Counted from the stretch's first letter, positions 20,588-30,153 are shown. The stretch: DNA of 64,000 nt from Sphingomonas sp. RT2P30 (GCF_036663795.1 NZ_JAXOJP010000007.1:93882-157881), one strand, 5' to 3'. Notes: a model not told the origin generated them from the letters alone. Numbers and translations are program-made.

Positions 20588-20832
20588 ACCGCGAATATAA
20601 CCCGATGCGGGCGATGCGCCAATGCGCGCTTGCCTAGCCGGCGTGTAGCGCGGTTTGCGCGCGCGGTGGCGAAACGCTCAAGCTCGCGCCCCTTGGCGCG
20701 GGAAGCTCGGCCGATCTTCTGCGCCTTCTGCGCTACGAAATCGACGAGGGTCCTGGGGCGCGGCGCGGCGTTGAGGTTTTTGTTGCTGCCGGCGGAAATC
20801 ATGAGCCTTTCGGTGTCGGTCATTTCATCCAC
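20584..20832 (-). pseudogene. Decayed duplicate of the ruvB 5' end
   Basis: The 82-aa ORF starts [39 protein letters not shown]. RuvB starts [39 protein letters not shown] remnant Walker A (RLGKRALAH vs GLGKTTLAQ) follows, then the frame ends at the parD start. Confidence 0.5.
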
Positions 20833-21176
20833 CCATCTTCGTCATAGGGTGGACGGAATACGCGAGTAACGCCCTCTTCGGGCTGCAACATCAAAATCAC
20901 AGTCTCCGGCGCACCCCACCGTCGAGACATAACAAATGCCGCGAATTCATCTTCGACATTCATGTAGTTCACACCGGCACACCAAAGCTCGAATTGAGGG
21001 TGCTTACTCCCTCCCGCTCGGTCGGAAACCTCCAAGAGGGCAGCGCCGTGACAGTGATCCTTGAGCCATACCTGAATCTCGGCGACGGGGTCGCTCACGA
21101 TCACAAATTCACCATTAATAAGCTCATCGACGCACGGACAACTGGCGACTAGCGCAACGCCCGTCACTTTGCTCAC
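20820..21176 (-). CDS. Hypothetical protein (118 aa) in a low-GC segment between ruvA and the ruvB remnant
   Basis: ORF with ~52% GC against ~68% surroundings. Contains Cys/His (CPCVDE...HCHG) and no recognisable family. Start overlaps the ruvA stop. Confidence 0.45.
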   Translation of the reverse strand: MSKVTGVALVASCPCVDELINGEFVIVSDPVAEIQVWLKDHCHGAALLEVSDRAGGSKHPQFELWCAGVNYMNVEDEFAAFVMSRRWGAPETVILMLQPEEGVTRVFRPPYDEDGWMK

Positions 21177-21766
21177 TTCGCCGCCTTGCGCAGCGCCAGC
21201 CGCACCAGCGCATCGAGACTCGCGCCCGCGCCCAGTTCCTCCTCGGCCGCACCCACGGCGGCATTGGCTTCTGCCGGGCGGAAGCCGAGGTTGAGCAGCG
21301 CGGAGACCGCATCAGACGCGGCGCTGCTTGCCGCCGCGACCGGGGTGACCGAGCCGAGAATCACCCCGCCGGCCTTGTCCTTCAACTCGCGCACGATGCG
21401 TTCGGCGAGTTTGGGGCCGACGCCGTTGGCGCGGCCGATCATCGCCTTGTCCTGGGCGGCGATGGCGCGGGCTAGTTCGGTCGGTTCGAGCACCGAAAGG
21501 ATCGCCAGCGCAACGCGCGCGCCGACGCCCTGTACCGCAGTGAGCAGGCGGAACCAGTCGCGCTCGTCGGGCCGGGCGAAGCCGACGAGGCGGATGAAGT
21601 CCTCGGCGACGAGCATCTCGGTGAACAGCGTCGCCGCTTCGCCGACGGGGCCGATCGCCGCGAGCGTCTTGGCCGAAGCGCCGACGAGATATCCCACGCC
21701 GCCCACGTCTATCACGGCATGGTCGATGCCGGTCGATTCAAGCCTGCCCTTGAGATGCGCGATCAT
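21173..21766 (-). CDS. ruvA: Holliday junction DNA helicase RuvA
   Basis: Starts MIAHLKGRL. Has the OB fold, two HhH motifs ([17 protein letters not shown]; [14 protein letters not shown]) and a C-terminal RuvB-binding domain. Confidence 0.9.
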   Translation of the reverse strand: MIAHLKGRLESTGIDHAVIDVGGVGYLVGASAKTLAAIGPVGEAATLFTEMLVAEDFIRLVGFARPDERDWFRLLTAVQGVGARVALAILSVLEPTELARAIAAQDKAMIGRANGVGPKLAERIVRELKDKAGGVILGSVTPVAAASSAASDAVSALLNLGFRPAEANAAVGAAEEELGAGASLDALVRLALRKAAK

Positions 21767-21784
21767 TTGCGCGTGCTAGCAGTT

Positions 21785-21916
21785 CCTCCCCGGTACGGGG
21801 AGGGGGACCGTGCGAAGCATGGTGGAGGGGGCGCGCCACCAGCGTAGCGCTTGCGGCGCTCCCCCTCCACCACGCGCTGAAGAAGCGCGCGGTCCCCCTC
21901 CCCGTTCCGAGGAGGA
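21785..21916. repeat. Cluster of G/C-rich palindromes (CCTCCCC/GGGGAGG family) in the ruvC-ruvA spacer
   Basis: A 7-bp stem (cctcccc ggtac ggggagg), then a 16-bp inverted repeat GGTGGAGGGGGCGCGC/GCGCTCCCCCTCCACC with one mismatch and a ~19-nt spacer, then a further gcggtccccctcccc motif. Read directly from the sequence. Confidence 0.55.
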
Positions 21917-21926
21917 ATTAGGAGGA

Positions 21927-22412
21927 TCAAGAAATGCGCCGCGCGCTCGCCAAATGATGCGCGTGGCAGATCGCCACCGCCAGCGCATCGGCGGCGTCGG
22001 GGCCGTCGATCTTCACGCCCGGCAGCAACCGCGCGACCATGGCGTGGACCTGGGCCTTTTCGGCATTGCCGGTGCCGACCACTGCCTTCTTGACCAGCCG
22101 GGCGGCATATTCGCCGGGCTCGATCCCGGCGCGTGCGACCGAGCACAGCACCACGCCGCGCGCCTGGCCGAGTTTGAGGGTCGATTGCGGGTTGGCGTTG
22201 ACGAACACTTCCTCGACCGCCGCCGCATCGGGCGCATGATCGACGAGCAGCGCGCCGAGCATCATGTCGAGATGCGCGAGCCGGCGGGCGAGCGGCGTGG
22301 CGCTGTCGGTCTTGAGCCGGCCATTGGCGAGATGCGACAGCCGGTTGCCCTCGGCGCGGATCAGCCCCCAGCCTGTCGTACCGAGGCCGGGGTCGAGGCC
22401 GAGGATGATCAT
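21927..22412 (-). CDS. ruvC: Crossover junction endodeoxyribonuclease RuvC
   Basis: Start [18 protein letters not shown] (RNase H-fold catalytic Asp). The longer 217-aa ORF-track version is a low-complexity extension. Confidence 0.9.
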   Translation of the reverse strand: MIILGLDPGLGTTGWGLIRAEGNRLSHLANGRLKTDSATPLARRLAHLDMMLGALLVDHAPDAAAVEEVFVNANPQSTLKLGQARGVVLCSVARAGIEPGEYAARLVKKAVVGTGNAEKAQVHAMVARLLPGVKIDGPDAADALAVAICHAHHLASARRIS

Positions 22413-22447
22413 GCGGCTTTCGGGAAGAACAAGAAGTAGGATCTGTT

Positions 22448-22605
22448 CGCGCGGAGGCGCGGAGGCGCGGAGCGGCCTCGCGTGCAGTGCGCGCGACCGT
22501 GAATATGAGAGACAATCTGGTCGGCTGCCACGGAATGGCAAGGCCTTGCTGACGCGAGACGGAGGCGCCGTGCGGAACACCTCCGCGCCTCCGCGCCTCC
22601 GCGCG
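22448..22605. mobile_element. MITE/REP-like palindromic element: 25-bp perfect terminal inverted repeats flanking a ~110-bp core
   Basis: Left arm cgcgcggaggcgcggaggcgcggag (22448-22472). Right arm ctccgcgcctccgcgcctccgcgcg (~22581-22605) is its exact reverse complement. Each arm holds three 8-bp GCGGAGGC-type repeats. No ORF lies inside. Located in the ruvC-yebC spacer. Confidence 0.5.
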
Positions 22606-22654
22606 AATCCAACTCTTCTTTCGACGCCGGCACAAAAGCGCGCGCGCTAAGGCA

Positions 22655-22693
22655 CTGCCCCACCCCAACCCCTCCCCTGAAGGGGAGGGGCTT
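22655..22693 (-). terminator. GC-rich hairpin (cccctcccct ga aggggagggg) directly downstream of yebC
   Basis: Perfect 10-bp stem with a 2-nt loop, 9 nt past the yebC stop. No strong T-tract on the minus strand, which is common for high-GC terminators. Confidence 0.4.
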
Positions 22694-22701
22694 GAAGAAG
22701 G

Positions 22702-23445
22702 TCAACCCAGCTTCTCCATCACGGCGTCGGAGACTTCGTAATTTCCCCACACGGTCTGCACGTCGTCGTCGTCGTCGAGCGTGTCGATCAGCTTGAACAG
22801 CAGCGCGGCGTCGGATTCACCGACATCGACCATCACCTGCGGGCGCCAGGCGAGTTTGGCGCCTTCGGCCTCGCCGAGCACCGGGGTCAGTGCCTTGGCG
22901 ACTTCGTGCAGGTCGCCCTGGGCGGTCCAGATTTCGTGGCCGTCCTCGCTCGACTGCACGTCCTCGGCACCCGCTTCGAGCGCGGCCTCGAACACCTTCT
23001 CGGCATCGCCGACGCTCGCGGGGTAAGTGATCAGCCCCATGCGGTCGAAGGCGTGGCTGACCGAGCCGCTGGCGCCGAGATTGCCGCCATTCTTCGACAC
23101 CGCGGTGCGCACATTGGTCGCGGTGCGGTTGCGATTGTCGGTCAGTGCCTCGATGATGAGCGACACGCCGCCCGGGCCGAAGCCCTCATAGCGAATTTCC
23201 TCGTAATTCTCGGCGTCGCCGCGCGTCGCCTTGTCGATCGAGCGCTGGATATTGTCCTTCGGCATCGACGCCGCCTTGGCGGTGTTGACCGCCGCGCGCA
23301 GCCGCGGGTTCATGTCCGGATCGGGCAGCCCCATCTTCGCCGCGACGGTGATTTCGCGGCTCAGCTTGGAGAACATGCCCGAGCGCTTTTTGTCCTGCGC
23401 GCCCTTGCGGTGCATGATGTTCTTGAACTTGGAATGGCCTGCCAT
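22702..23445 (-). CDS. yebC: YebC/PmpR family DNA-binding transcriptional regulator
   Basis: [16 protein letters not shown]-terminus, full length 247 aa. Conserved neighbour of ruvC. Confidence 0.9.
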   Translation of the reverse strand: MAGHSKFKNIMHRKGAQDKKRSGMFSKLSREITVAAKMGLPDPDMNPRLRAAVNTAKAASMPKDNIQRSIDKATRGDAENYEEIRYEGFGPGGVSLIIEALTDNRNRTATNVRTAVSKNGGNLGASGSVSHAFDRMGLITYPASVGDAEKVFEAALEAGAEDVQSSEDGHEIWTAQGDLHEVAKALTPVLGEAEGAKLAWRPQVMVDVGESDAALLFKLIDTLDDDDDVQTVWGNYEVSDAVMEKLG

Positions 23446-23509
23446 CGCGGTATCGCGTCTTTCGTTTTCTGGAGATCGGGGGCGCTCTAGCGCTTTCGTC
23501 GGTCCTTGC

Positions 23510-24178
23510 TCAACCCGCCGCAGCGTTGCGTGTCATCATCGCGGCGAAACCGGCGGTCATTTCCGCGATCGTGCGTGCCGCCACCGGATTGGCGGCGATG
23601 CGCGCGTCGTAGGCGGCGACCTGGTCGCGTTCGGCGACCATCGCCCCGGCGCCGGTCAGGGGATCGACGATCCGCGTCAGCGTCAGGATCGGCACCAGCG
23701 CGCAATCCGCCGCCGTCAGCGTAGCGCCAGCGGCGAACAGGCCGTCGCGGTTCAGCAGCCGGTCGAGCGCATCGAGCCCCTTGCCGAGCTGGCTTCGCGC
23801 CGCCGCGACGAGCTCGGGCGCGCCGGGCATGCGGAACACCAGGTGCATCATCAACGGGCGCAGCCCGGCGGCGACCTCGGCGAGGGTGATGGCGACGATC
23901 TCGCGCACCCGCGCCCGCGCCAGCGGCGTATCGGGCATCAGCACTGCCCCGGGGAGCGTCTCGTCGAGATAGCAGGCGATCGCCTCCGACTCGCAGAGAT
24001 GCAAACCGTCATCGAGCACCAGCACCGGGACACGCCCCATCGGGCTGATCGCGAGGAACTCGGGCGAGGTCAGCTTGCCGCCAAGCGGCGGATGCACATC
24101 GAGTTCGGCGCCCTTGGCACGCGCCGTCATCAGCACGCGCTGAACGAACGGCGACGCGGTCGAGCCCAGCAGATGCAT
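23510..24178 (-). CDS. Glutathione S-transferase family protein
   Basis: N-terminal thioredoxin-like GST motif (SPFVQRV...[10 protein letters not shown]) and a C-terminal helical domain. Confidence 0.8.
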   Translation of the reverse strand: MHLLGSTASPFVQRVLMTARAKGAELDVHPPLGGKLTSPEFLAISPMGRVPVLVLDDGLHLCESEAIACYLDETLPGAVLMPDTPLARARVREIVAITLAEVAAGLRPLMMHLVFRMPGAPELVAAARSQLGKGLDALDRLLNRDGLFAAGATLTAADCALVPILTLTRIVDPLTGAGAMVAERDQVAAYDARIAANPVAARTIAEMTAGFAAMMTRNAAAG

Positions 24179-24191
24179 CCCCATACCCCTT

Positions 24192-24431
24192 CTAGGCCAG
24201 GCCGAGCGCCGCCTTGTACGTCTCGAGCAGCGCCTCCGCCTCGTCGCGGTGATGCTTTTCCATCCGCCGCAAGCGGACGATGGTGCGCATCGTCTTCACG
24301 TCATAGCCGGTCGACTTGGCTTCGGCATAGACGTCACGAATGTCGTCGGCCATGCCCTTCTTCTCTTCCTCGAGCCGCTCGATGCGTTCGATGAACAGGC
24401 GGAGTTGTTCGGCGGCGATCACGTCGCTCAT
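24192..24431 (-). CDS. gapR: DUF2312 nucleoid-associated protein (GapR-like)
   Basis: 79-aa protein ([49 protein letters not shown]) that closely resembles Caulobacter GapR/DUF2312. Confidence 0.7.
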   Translation of the reverse strand: MSDVIAAEQLRLFIERIERLEEEKKGMADDIRDVYAEAKSTGYDVKTMRTIVRLRRMEKHHRDEAEALLETYKAALGLA

Positions 24432-24483
24432 GGGCGAATCCTTGAAGCTGAATTTGAATCGGGAGCGCGGCCCTTAGTCCCGC

Positions 24484-24777
24484 TCACCCGTTCTTCGCAA
24501 CGCTGATCCGCATTGCCTCGAGCTGTTCCGGCGTTGCCTCGGGCTGGCGCGCCTTGAACGCGGCATAGGGTTCGCCATAGATCAGCTCACGCGCGGCCGC
24601 CTTGTCGAGCGCGCCGTCCGACGCTTCCTCGACCCAGTCAGCCAGGCAATTGCGGCAGAAGCCGGCGAGACCCATCAGGTCGATATTCTTCGCGTCCTCG
24701 CGGTGGCGCAAATGGGTGACCAGCCGGCGGAAGGCGTTTGCGGCGACATGGTCGTCGAGTGCGTCGAGCGATGACAT
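24484..24777 (-). CDS. DUF1244 domain protein
   Basis: 97-aa protein with FRRLVTHLRHREDAKNIDLMGLAGFCRNCLADW. Widely conserved small alphaproteobacterial protein. Confidence 0.65.
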   Translation of the reverse strand: MSSLDALDDHVAANAFRRLVTHLRHREDAKNIDLMGLAGFCRNCLADWVEEASDGALDKAAARELIYGEPYAAFKARQPEATPEQLEAMRISVAKNG

Positions 24778-24846
24778 TTCTATGCTCCAAGGTTGATTGC
24801 CGGCAGATAGGGGCTAGGACCGGCTCGGTACAAGCGAGAGGACCGC

Positions 24847-26301
24847 ATGACCAAGGCCATCAGCCCGCGCTCGAGGAAAGTCCGCATCCTCGCCACGCTG
24901 GGCCCCGCGAGCAGCAGCGTCGAGATGATCGCCAAGCTCTATGAGGCAGGCGCCGATGCGTTCCGCGTCAACATGAGCCACGGCGACCAGGAATCGAAGG
25001 TCGCGGTGATCGCGGCGATTCGCAGCCTCGAAAAGAAATATGGCCGTCCGACGACGATCCTCGCCGACCTGCAGGGCCCCAAGCTGCGCGTCGGCAAGTT
25101 CGAGGGCGGCAAGACCGAGTTGAAGACCGGCGCGACCTTCGTGCTCGACCGCGACAAAACGCCGGGCGACGCGACGCGCGTCGAACTGCCGCATCGCGAG
25201 ATCTTCGAGGCGATCGAGCCGGGCGCGCGCCTGCTGCTCGACGACGGCAAGCTGGTGCTGCGCGTCACCGAGCACGACATGGACCGCATCACCACCCTGG
25301 TGGTGGTCGGCGGCGCGTTGTCGAACAACAAGGGGCTCAACGTCCCCGATGTCGTCCTGCCGATGGCGGCGCTGACGCCGAAGGACCGCAGCGACCTCGC
25401 CTTCGCGGTCGACCAGGGTGTCGACTGGATCGCGCTGTCGTTCGTCCAGCGGCCCGAGGATCTCGCCGAGGCGCGCAAGCTGATCGGCGGCAAGGCGGCG
25501 CTGCTCGCCAAGATCGAGAAGCCGGCGGCGATCGAGCGGCTCGAGGAAATCGTCGAGATGTGCGACGGCGTGATGGTCGCGCGCGGCGATCTCGGCGTCG
25601 AGCTGCCACCCGAATCCGTCCCCCCGCTGCAGAAGCGCATCGTCGAGGTATCGCGCCGGCTCGGCCGCCCGGTGGTGGTGGCGACGCAGATGCTCGAATC
25701 GATGATCCTGTCGCCCTCGCCGACGCGCGCCGAAGTCTCCGACGTGGCGACCGCGGTCTATGACGGTGCCGATGCGATCATGCTGTCGGCGGAGAGCGCG
25801 GCGGGCGCCTGGCCGATCGAGTCGGTCGCGATGATGAATTCGATCGGCGAAGCGGTCGAGCTCGACCCGATGCACGGCGAACGGATTCACTTCACCGTCA
25901 TCCGCTCCGACCCGACCACCGCCGACGCGCTGGCCGAGGCGGCGAAGAACATCGCCGCGACGGTCGATGCGGCGGCGATCATCTGCTTCACCAGCTCGGG
26001 CTCGACCGCGCGCCGCGTCGCGCGCGAACGCCCCTCGGTACCGTTGATGGTGCTGACGCCGCGCCTCGACACCGCGCGGCGCATCGGCCTGTTATGGGGC
26101 ACGCACGCGGTGCATACGCGCGACGTCGATTCGTTCGAGGACATGGTCGCCAAGGCCAAGCGCATGGCGCTGCGTCACAAGATCGCCAAGGCCGGCGACC
26201 GCGTGATCCTGATCGCCGGCGTGCCGTTCAAAACGCCGGGATCGACCAACGTGCTGCACGTCGTGCGCATCGTCGGCGACGAGTTGAAGGGTTATAGCTG
26301 A
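24847..26301 (+). CDS. pyk: Pyruvate kinase
   Basis: 484-aa protein with the PK barrel, including the NMSHG and MVARGDLGVE motifs. Confidence 0.95.
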   Translation: MTKAISPRSRKVRILATLGPASSSVEMIAKLYEAGADAFRVNMSHGDQESKVAVIAAIRSLEKKYGRPTTILADLQGPKLRVGKFEGGKTELKTGATFVLDRDKTPGDATRVELPHREIFEAIEPGARLLLDDGKLVLRVTEHDMDRITTLVVVGGALSNNKGLNVPDVVLPMAALTPKDRSDLAFAVDQGVDWIALSFVQRPEDLAEARKLIGGKAALLAKIEKPAAIERLEEIVEMCDGVMVARGDLGVELPPESVPPLQKRIVEVSRRLGRPVVVATQMLESMILSPSPTRAEVSDVATAVYDGADAIMLSAESAAGAWPIESVAMMNSIGEAVELDPMHGERIHFTVIRSDPTTADALAEAAKNIAATVDAAAIICFTSSGSTARRVARERPSVPLMVLTPRLDTARRIGLLWGTHAVHTRDVDSFEDMVAKAKRMALRHKIAKAGDRVILIAGVPFKTPGSTNVLHVVRIVGDELKGYS

Positions 26302-26329
26302 AGCGCGAGCGGGTGCGGAGTAGCGGAAG

Positions 26330-26653
26330 ATGCGTGAAGAGGATCTAGCCAGGCTTAACGCTCTCGATGAAGCGGCAACGCCGGGTCCATGGTTCGTCCG
26401 GCGGCTCGACGACAATGCGTGCATGTGCGCGGTCGCGGTTTCGACCAAGGCCGATGGCGATGACGCGTTCGTCGATGAATGGCGTGGCGAAGAGATGGTT
26501 GCAGCATGCTTGATTCAAGACCCCCCTTACGTGGTGCCCGAAGCGCGCTGGGATGAGAATGCGGCGCTGATTGCCGCAATGCGTAATGCTTTGCCCGAAT
26601 TGCTTCGGCTCGCGAGGCTCGGCCTTGTGGATGCCGGACGCCAACAACCCTGA
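26330..26653 (+). CDS. Hypothetical protein (107 aa)
   Basis: ORF immediately downstream of pyk (MREEDLARLNALDEAATPGPWFVRRLDDN...). Family not recognised. Confidence 0.4.
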   Translation: MREEDLARLNALDEAATPGPWFVRRLDDNACMCAVAVSTKADGDDAFVDEWRGEEMVAACLIQDPPYVVPEARWDENAALIAAMRNALPELLRLARLGLVDAGRQQP

Positions 26654-26765
26654 CTTCCCCGGCGAAGGCCGGCCCAGTTGGGATGGCCACAAAAACGGGC
26701 GCAACGCTACTCACTTTCGTCCCCCAACTGGATCCCGGCCTTCGCCGGGAAAGGGAGAAGGGGCG

Positions 26766-27380
26766 TTAGACGGCGAAACCCAGCACTTTCAGTTCGGCCC
26801 TGAGCGCCGGCTCATCCGTGAACAGGATGGCGTGCATCCCCAGCGCTGCGGCGCCGGCGATGTTGTCGGCATTGTCGTCGACGAAGACCGATTCGTCCGG
26901 GCGCAGGCCGAAGCGATCGAGCGCGAGATGGTAGATTGCGGCGTCGGGCTTGATCAGCTTCTCGTCGCCCGACACGACGATGTCGCGGAAGCGATCGAAC
27001 ATTTCGAGATATTTGGCGCGGAACGGCGGGAAGAATTCGCCCGAGAAATTGGTGATCGCGAACAGCGGCACGCCGGTCGAATCGAGCTCGGCCAGCAGTT
27101 CGGGCATGCCCGGTATGGCGGCGCGGTTGGTCTCGTTGAAGCGCGGGCCGAACTGCGCGATCAGATCGGCATGCGCGGGATGTTGCGCGATCAGCTCCGC
27201 CGAGGTCTCGGCAAAGGGCCGGCCCATGTCGTGCTGGAAATGCCATTCGGGCGTGACGACGTCGCGCACGAACGCGTCAAGCGCCTCACCCTCGGGGATG
27301 AGGCGCTCATAAAGGAAACGGATTTCCCAATCGATCAGCACACGGCCGACATCGAAGATGACGGCACGACGTGCGGACAC
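26766..27380 (-). CDS. HAD-superfamily hydrolase (haloacid dehalogenase-like)
   Basis: Motif I (VIFDVGRVLIDW, DxG), motif II (ITNFS) and motif IV (DDNADNI). Confidence 0.8.
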   Translation of the reverse strand: MSARRAVIFDVGRVLIDWEIRFLYERLIPEGEALDAFVRDVVTPEWHFQHDMGRPFAETSAELIAQHPAHADLIAQFGPRFNETNRAAIPGMPELLAELDSTGVPLFAITNFSGEFFPPFRAKYLEMFDRFRDIVVSGDEKLIKPDAAIYHLALDRFGLRPDESVFVDDNADNIAGAAALGMHAILFTDEPALRAELKVLGFAV

Positions 27381-27383
27381 GGC

Positions 27384-27509
27384 TCAGCCCTGGCGGGCCT
27401 TGAACCGGCGGTTGGTCTTGTTGATCACATAGGTGCGGCCACGGCGGCGAATCACGCGGTTGTCGCGATGCCGGTCCTTGAGCGACTTCAGTGAATTGCG
27501 GATCTTCAT
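27384..27509 (-). CDS. rpmJ: 50S ribosomal protein bL36 (RpmJ)
   Basis: 41-aa [41 protein letters not shown]. The ORF track embeds it in a spurious longer ORF. Confidence 0.85.
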   Translation of the reverse strand: MKIRNSLKSLKDRHRDNRVIRRRGRTYVINKTNRRFKARQG

Positions 27510-27657
27510 GATCTCGTTCGCTTCTGATTCTTGGTGTCGGAAAAGAGGCGCTCGCCTATAGTCGCCGGCGTGCCGAGTCAAGGCGCGGAGCACGGGAACC
27601 CGATGGGCCCGGTCGAGCGTTATGCAGGCGAAACAAGCGTTCGGAAGGATCGTTGCG

Positions 27658-28269
27658 ATGCGTGCTCTATCGATGGTGCTGGTGGCGGGTGCGGCGATGT
27701 CGCTTGGCGCGTGCGCGACCACGCCGACGCGAACCCCGGTCGAGGTGTCGCGTTTCCATCTCGGCGCGCCGCTCGAAACGGGCACGCTGAGCGCCGAGGC
27801 GGCGACGACCGGCTGGGCGACGAGCCTCGAATCGCAGGTCTATACCGGCGCCGTTTCGAACGAGCTGATCCGTTATGGTTATGTCGCACCGGCGGCCGGC
27901 GCGACGAGCCAGTATCTCGCCGTGGTCGGCGTGACGCGCACCACGCGCCCCGGTCCGCCGCGCCGCTCGCCGGTCACGATCGGCATCGGCGGCGGCACTT
28001 CGACGGGCGGCTATGGCGGTGGTGTCGGCATCGGCGGCTCTGTGTCCTTCCCGATCGGCAAGCCGCGCTATCGCGAGATCGTGCTGACCGACCTGTCGGT
28101 GCAGATCCGGCGGCGCAGCGACGGCACGGTGATCTGGGAAGGCCATGCCCAGACCGCCGCCGACACCGCTTCGCCCGATGCGCAGGCCAATGTCGAGGCG
28201 GCGAAATTGGCCGCGGCGATCTTCAAGGACTTCCCCGGGGAATCCGGCCGCACTATCACGGTCAAATGA
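27658..28269 (+). CDS. Lipoprotein (DUF4136-like)
   Basis: Signal peptide with lipobox ([19 protein letters not shown]), a Gly-rich central segment and a C-terminal conserved region. Its stop overlaps the next gene start (ATGA). Confidence 0.55.
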   Translation: MRALSMVLVAGAAMSLGACATTPTRTPVEVSRFHLGAPLETGTLSAEAATTGWATSLESQVYTGAVSNELIRYGYVAPAAGATSQYLAVVGVTRTTRPGPPRRSPVTIGIGGGTSTGGYGGGVGIGGSVSFPIGKPRYREIVLTDLSVQIRRRSDGTVIWEGHAQTAADTASPDAQANVEAAKLAAAIFKDFPGESGRTITVK

Positions 28270-29384
28270 GCATCGAGATCAACGCCGCCTTCGACAGCGG
28301 CAACATTCGCGTCCTCGGCATCGATGGCGACCGGATCGACCTGGAAATCGTCACGGACCATCTGTCCGATTTCTACCAATGGTTCCATTTCCGCGTCGCC
28401 GGGGCGAAGGGCCGGACGTTGACGCTGCGCATCGTCAACGCCGGCGGCTCGGCCTATCCGTTCGGCTGGCCGGGCTACAAGACGCGCGTCTCGACCGACC
28501 GCACCGAATGGCGGATGACCGATACCAGCTATGCCGATGGCGTGCTCGAATGGCGCTGGACGGTCGATACCGAACTCGTGTGGTTCGCCTATTTTGCGCC
28601 GTACACGATGGAGCGCCACGACGCGCTGGTCGCGGCGACCGCGCTGCAGCCGGGGGTGACGCACCGCCAGCTCGGCACCTCGCTCGACGGACGGGCGATC
28701 GATTGCTTCACGATCGGCTCGGGGCCCAAGCCGGTATGGCTCTATGCCCGCCAGCATCCCGGCGAGAGCATGGCCGAATGGTGGATGGAGGGCGCGCTCG
28801 AGCGTCTGACCGATGGCGACGATGCGACGACGAAGGCGCTGCGTGAAAAGTGCACTTTCCATGTCGTGCCCAACATGAACCCCGATGGCAGCTTTCGCGG
28901 CCATCTGCGGACCAATGCGGCGGGGATCAACCTCAACCGCGAATGGCATACACCGAGCGCGGAGAAGAGCCCCGAGGTGCTGTGCGTGCGGAACGCGATG
29001 GACGCGACCGGCGTCGCGCTGGCGATGGACGTGCATGGCGACGAGGCGATCCCGGCCAATTTCCTCGCCGGCTTCGAGGGGATCCCCCGCTGGACGGATG
29101 CCTTGGGCGAGAAGTTCTACGATTTCGGCCGGCGGCTGGCGGCGCGCACGCCCGATTTCCAGACTGAAAAGGGCTATGACAAGTCGGCACCGGGCAAGGC
29201 CAATCTTTCCATGTCGACCAACCAGCTGGCCGAGCGCTTCGGCGCCGTGGCGATGACGCTGGAGATGCCGTTCAAGGACCATGACGCGAATGCCGATGCC
29301 GAATTCGGCTGGTCGCCGGAGCGGAGCAAGGCGCTGGCGCATGCGTGCCTGGAGACGATTGCGGAAGTGATCGACGGGATCTAA
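28266..29384 (+). CDS. M14-family zinc carboxypeptidase-like protein
   Basis: 372-aa protein starting [16 protein letters not shown]. Has the HPGES zinc-ligand motif, NPDG and a downstream His. The ORF track merges it into a longer artefact. Confidence 0.7.
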   Translation: MSIEINAAFDSGNIRVLGIDGDRIDLEIVTDHLSDFYQWFHFRVAGAKGRTLTLRIVNAGGSAYPFGWPGYKTRVSTDRTEWRMTDTSYADGVLEWRWTVDTELVWFAYFAPYTMERHDALVAATALQPGVTHRQLGTSLDGRAIDCFTIGSGPKPVWLYARQHPGESMAEWWMEGALERLTDGDDATTKALREKCTFHVVPNMNPDGSFRGHLRTNAAGINLNREWHTPSAEKSPEVLCVRNAMDATGVALAMDVHGDEAIPANFLAGFEGIPRWTDALGEKFYDFGRRLAARTPDFQTEKGYDKSAPGKANLSMSTNQLAERFGAVAMTLEMPFKDHDANADAEFGWSPERSKALAHACLETIAEVIDGI

Positions 29385-29388
29385 TTCG

Positions 29389-29452
29389 CGTCACCCGAGC
29401 GAAAGCTGGGGTCTCCCGTTACAACGCGACCCCAGCTTTCGCTGGGGTGACG
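29389..29452 (+). terminator. 25-bp near-perfect inverted repeat (one mismatch) with a 14-nt loop, 5 nt after the M14 gene stop
   Basis: Left arm cgtcacccgagcgaaagctggggtc. Right arm gaccccagctttcgctggggtgacg. No T-tract follows; probable high-GC terminator or protein-binding palindrome. Confidence 0.45.
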
Positions 29453-29466
29453 GCAAGGAAAATTGC

Positions 29467-30153
29467 ATGCCCACCCTCGTCCTGATCCGCCACGGCCAGT
29501 CGGCCTGGAACCTCGAGAACCGCTTCACCGGCTGGTGGGACGTCGATGTGACCGAGAAGGGTGCGGACGAGGCGCGGGCGGCCGGCGCGTTGATGGCGGA
29601 GAAGGGGCTCGATTTCGACCAGTGCTTCACCTCGCTGCAGACCCGCGCGATCAAGACGCTCAACCTCGCACTGGAGGAAATGCACCGGCTGTGGCTGCCG
29701 GTCGAGAAGGACTGGCGGCTCAACGAGCGCCATTATGGCGGGCTGACCGGGCTCGACAAGGCCGAGACCGCGGCGGAATATGGCGACGAGCAGGTGCATG
29801 TCTGGCGCCGCAGCTTCGACATTCCGCCGCCGCCGATGGAGGCGGGCAGTGCCTATGACCTGTCGCAGGACCGGCGTTACGCCGGTATCGCTATCCCGTC
29901 GACCGAGAGCCTGAAGGATACGATCGCGCGCGTGCTGCCCTATTGGGAAGCGCGCATCGCGCCCGCGCTGCGCACCGGGCAGCGCGTGCTGATCTCGGCG
30001 CACGGCAATTCGCTGCGTGCGCTGGTCAAGCATCTGTCGAACATTCCTGACGATGCGATCACCACGCTCGAGATTCCGACCGGGCAGCCGATGGTCTATC
30101 AGCTCGACGAGGATTTGAACGCGACCGATCGTTACTATCTAAGCGAGCGCTGA
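29467..30153 (+). CDS. gpmA: 2,3-bisphosphoglycerate-dependent phosphoglycerate mutase
   Basis: Starts [18 protein letters not shown] (RHG catalytic His), 228 aa. Confidence 0.95.
   Translation: MPTLVLIRHGQSAWNLENRFTGWWDVDVTEKGADEARAAGALMAEKGLDFDQCFTSLQTRAIKTLNLALEEMHRLWLPVEKDWRLNERHYGGLTGLDKAETAAEYGDEQVHVWRRSFDIPPPPMEAGSAYDLSQDRRYAGIAIPSTESLKDTIARVLPYWEARIAPALRTGQRVLISAHGNSLRALVKHLSNIPDDAITTLEIPTGQPMVYQLDEDLNATDRYYLSER

Noticed and set aside
24814-25890. 358-aa minus-strand ORF
   Set aside because: Antisense to pyruvate kinase.
26330-26653. Possible prophage-derived small gene (TPGPW motif) next to pyk
   Set aside because: There are no flanking phage genes, integrase or att-like repeats. 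It is kept only as a low-confidence hypothetical CDS.
27531-29384. 617-aa plus-strand ORF spanning the rpmJ upstream region, lipoprotein and M14 genes
   Set aside because: This is a read-through artefact. The real units are the lipoprotein gene (frame ending 28269) and the M14 gene, which starts at an internal ATG (28266). The N-terminal 245 aa is antisense to rpmJ and HAD sequence and is low complexity.
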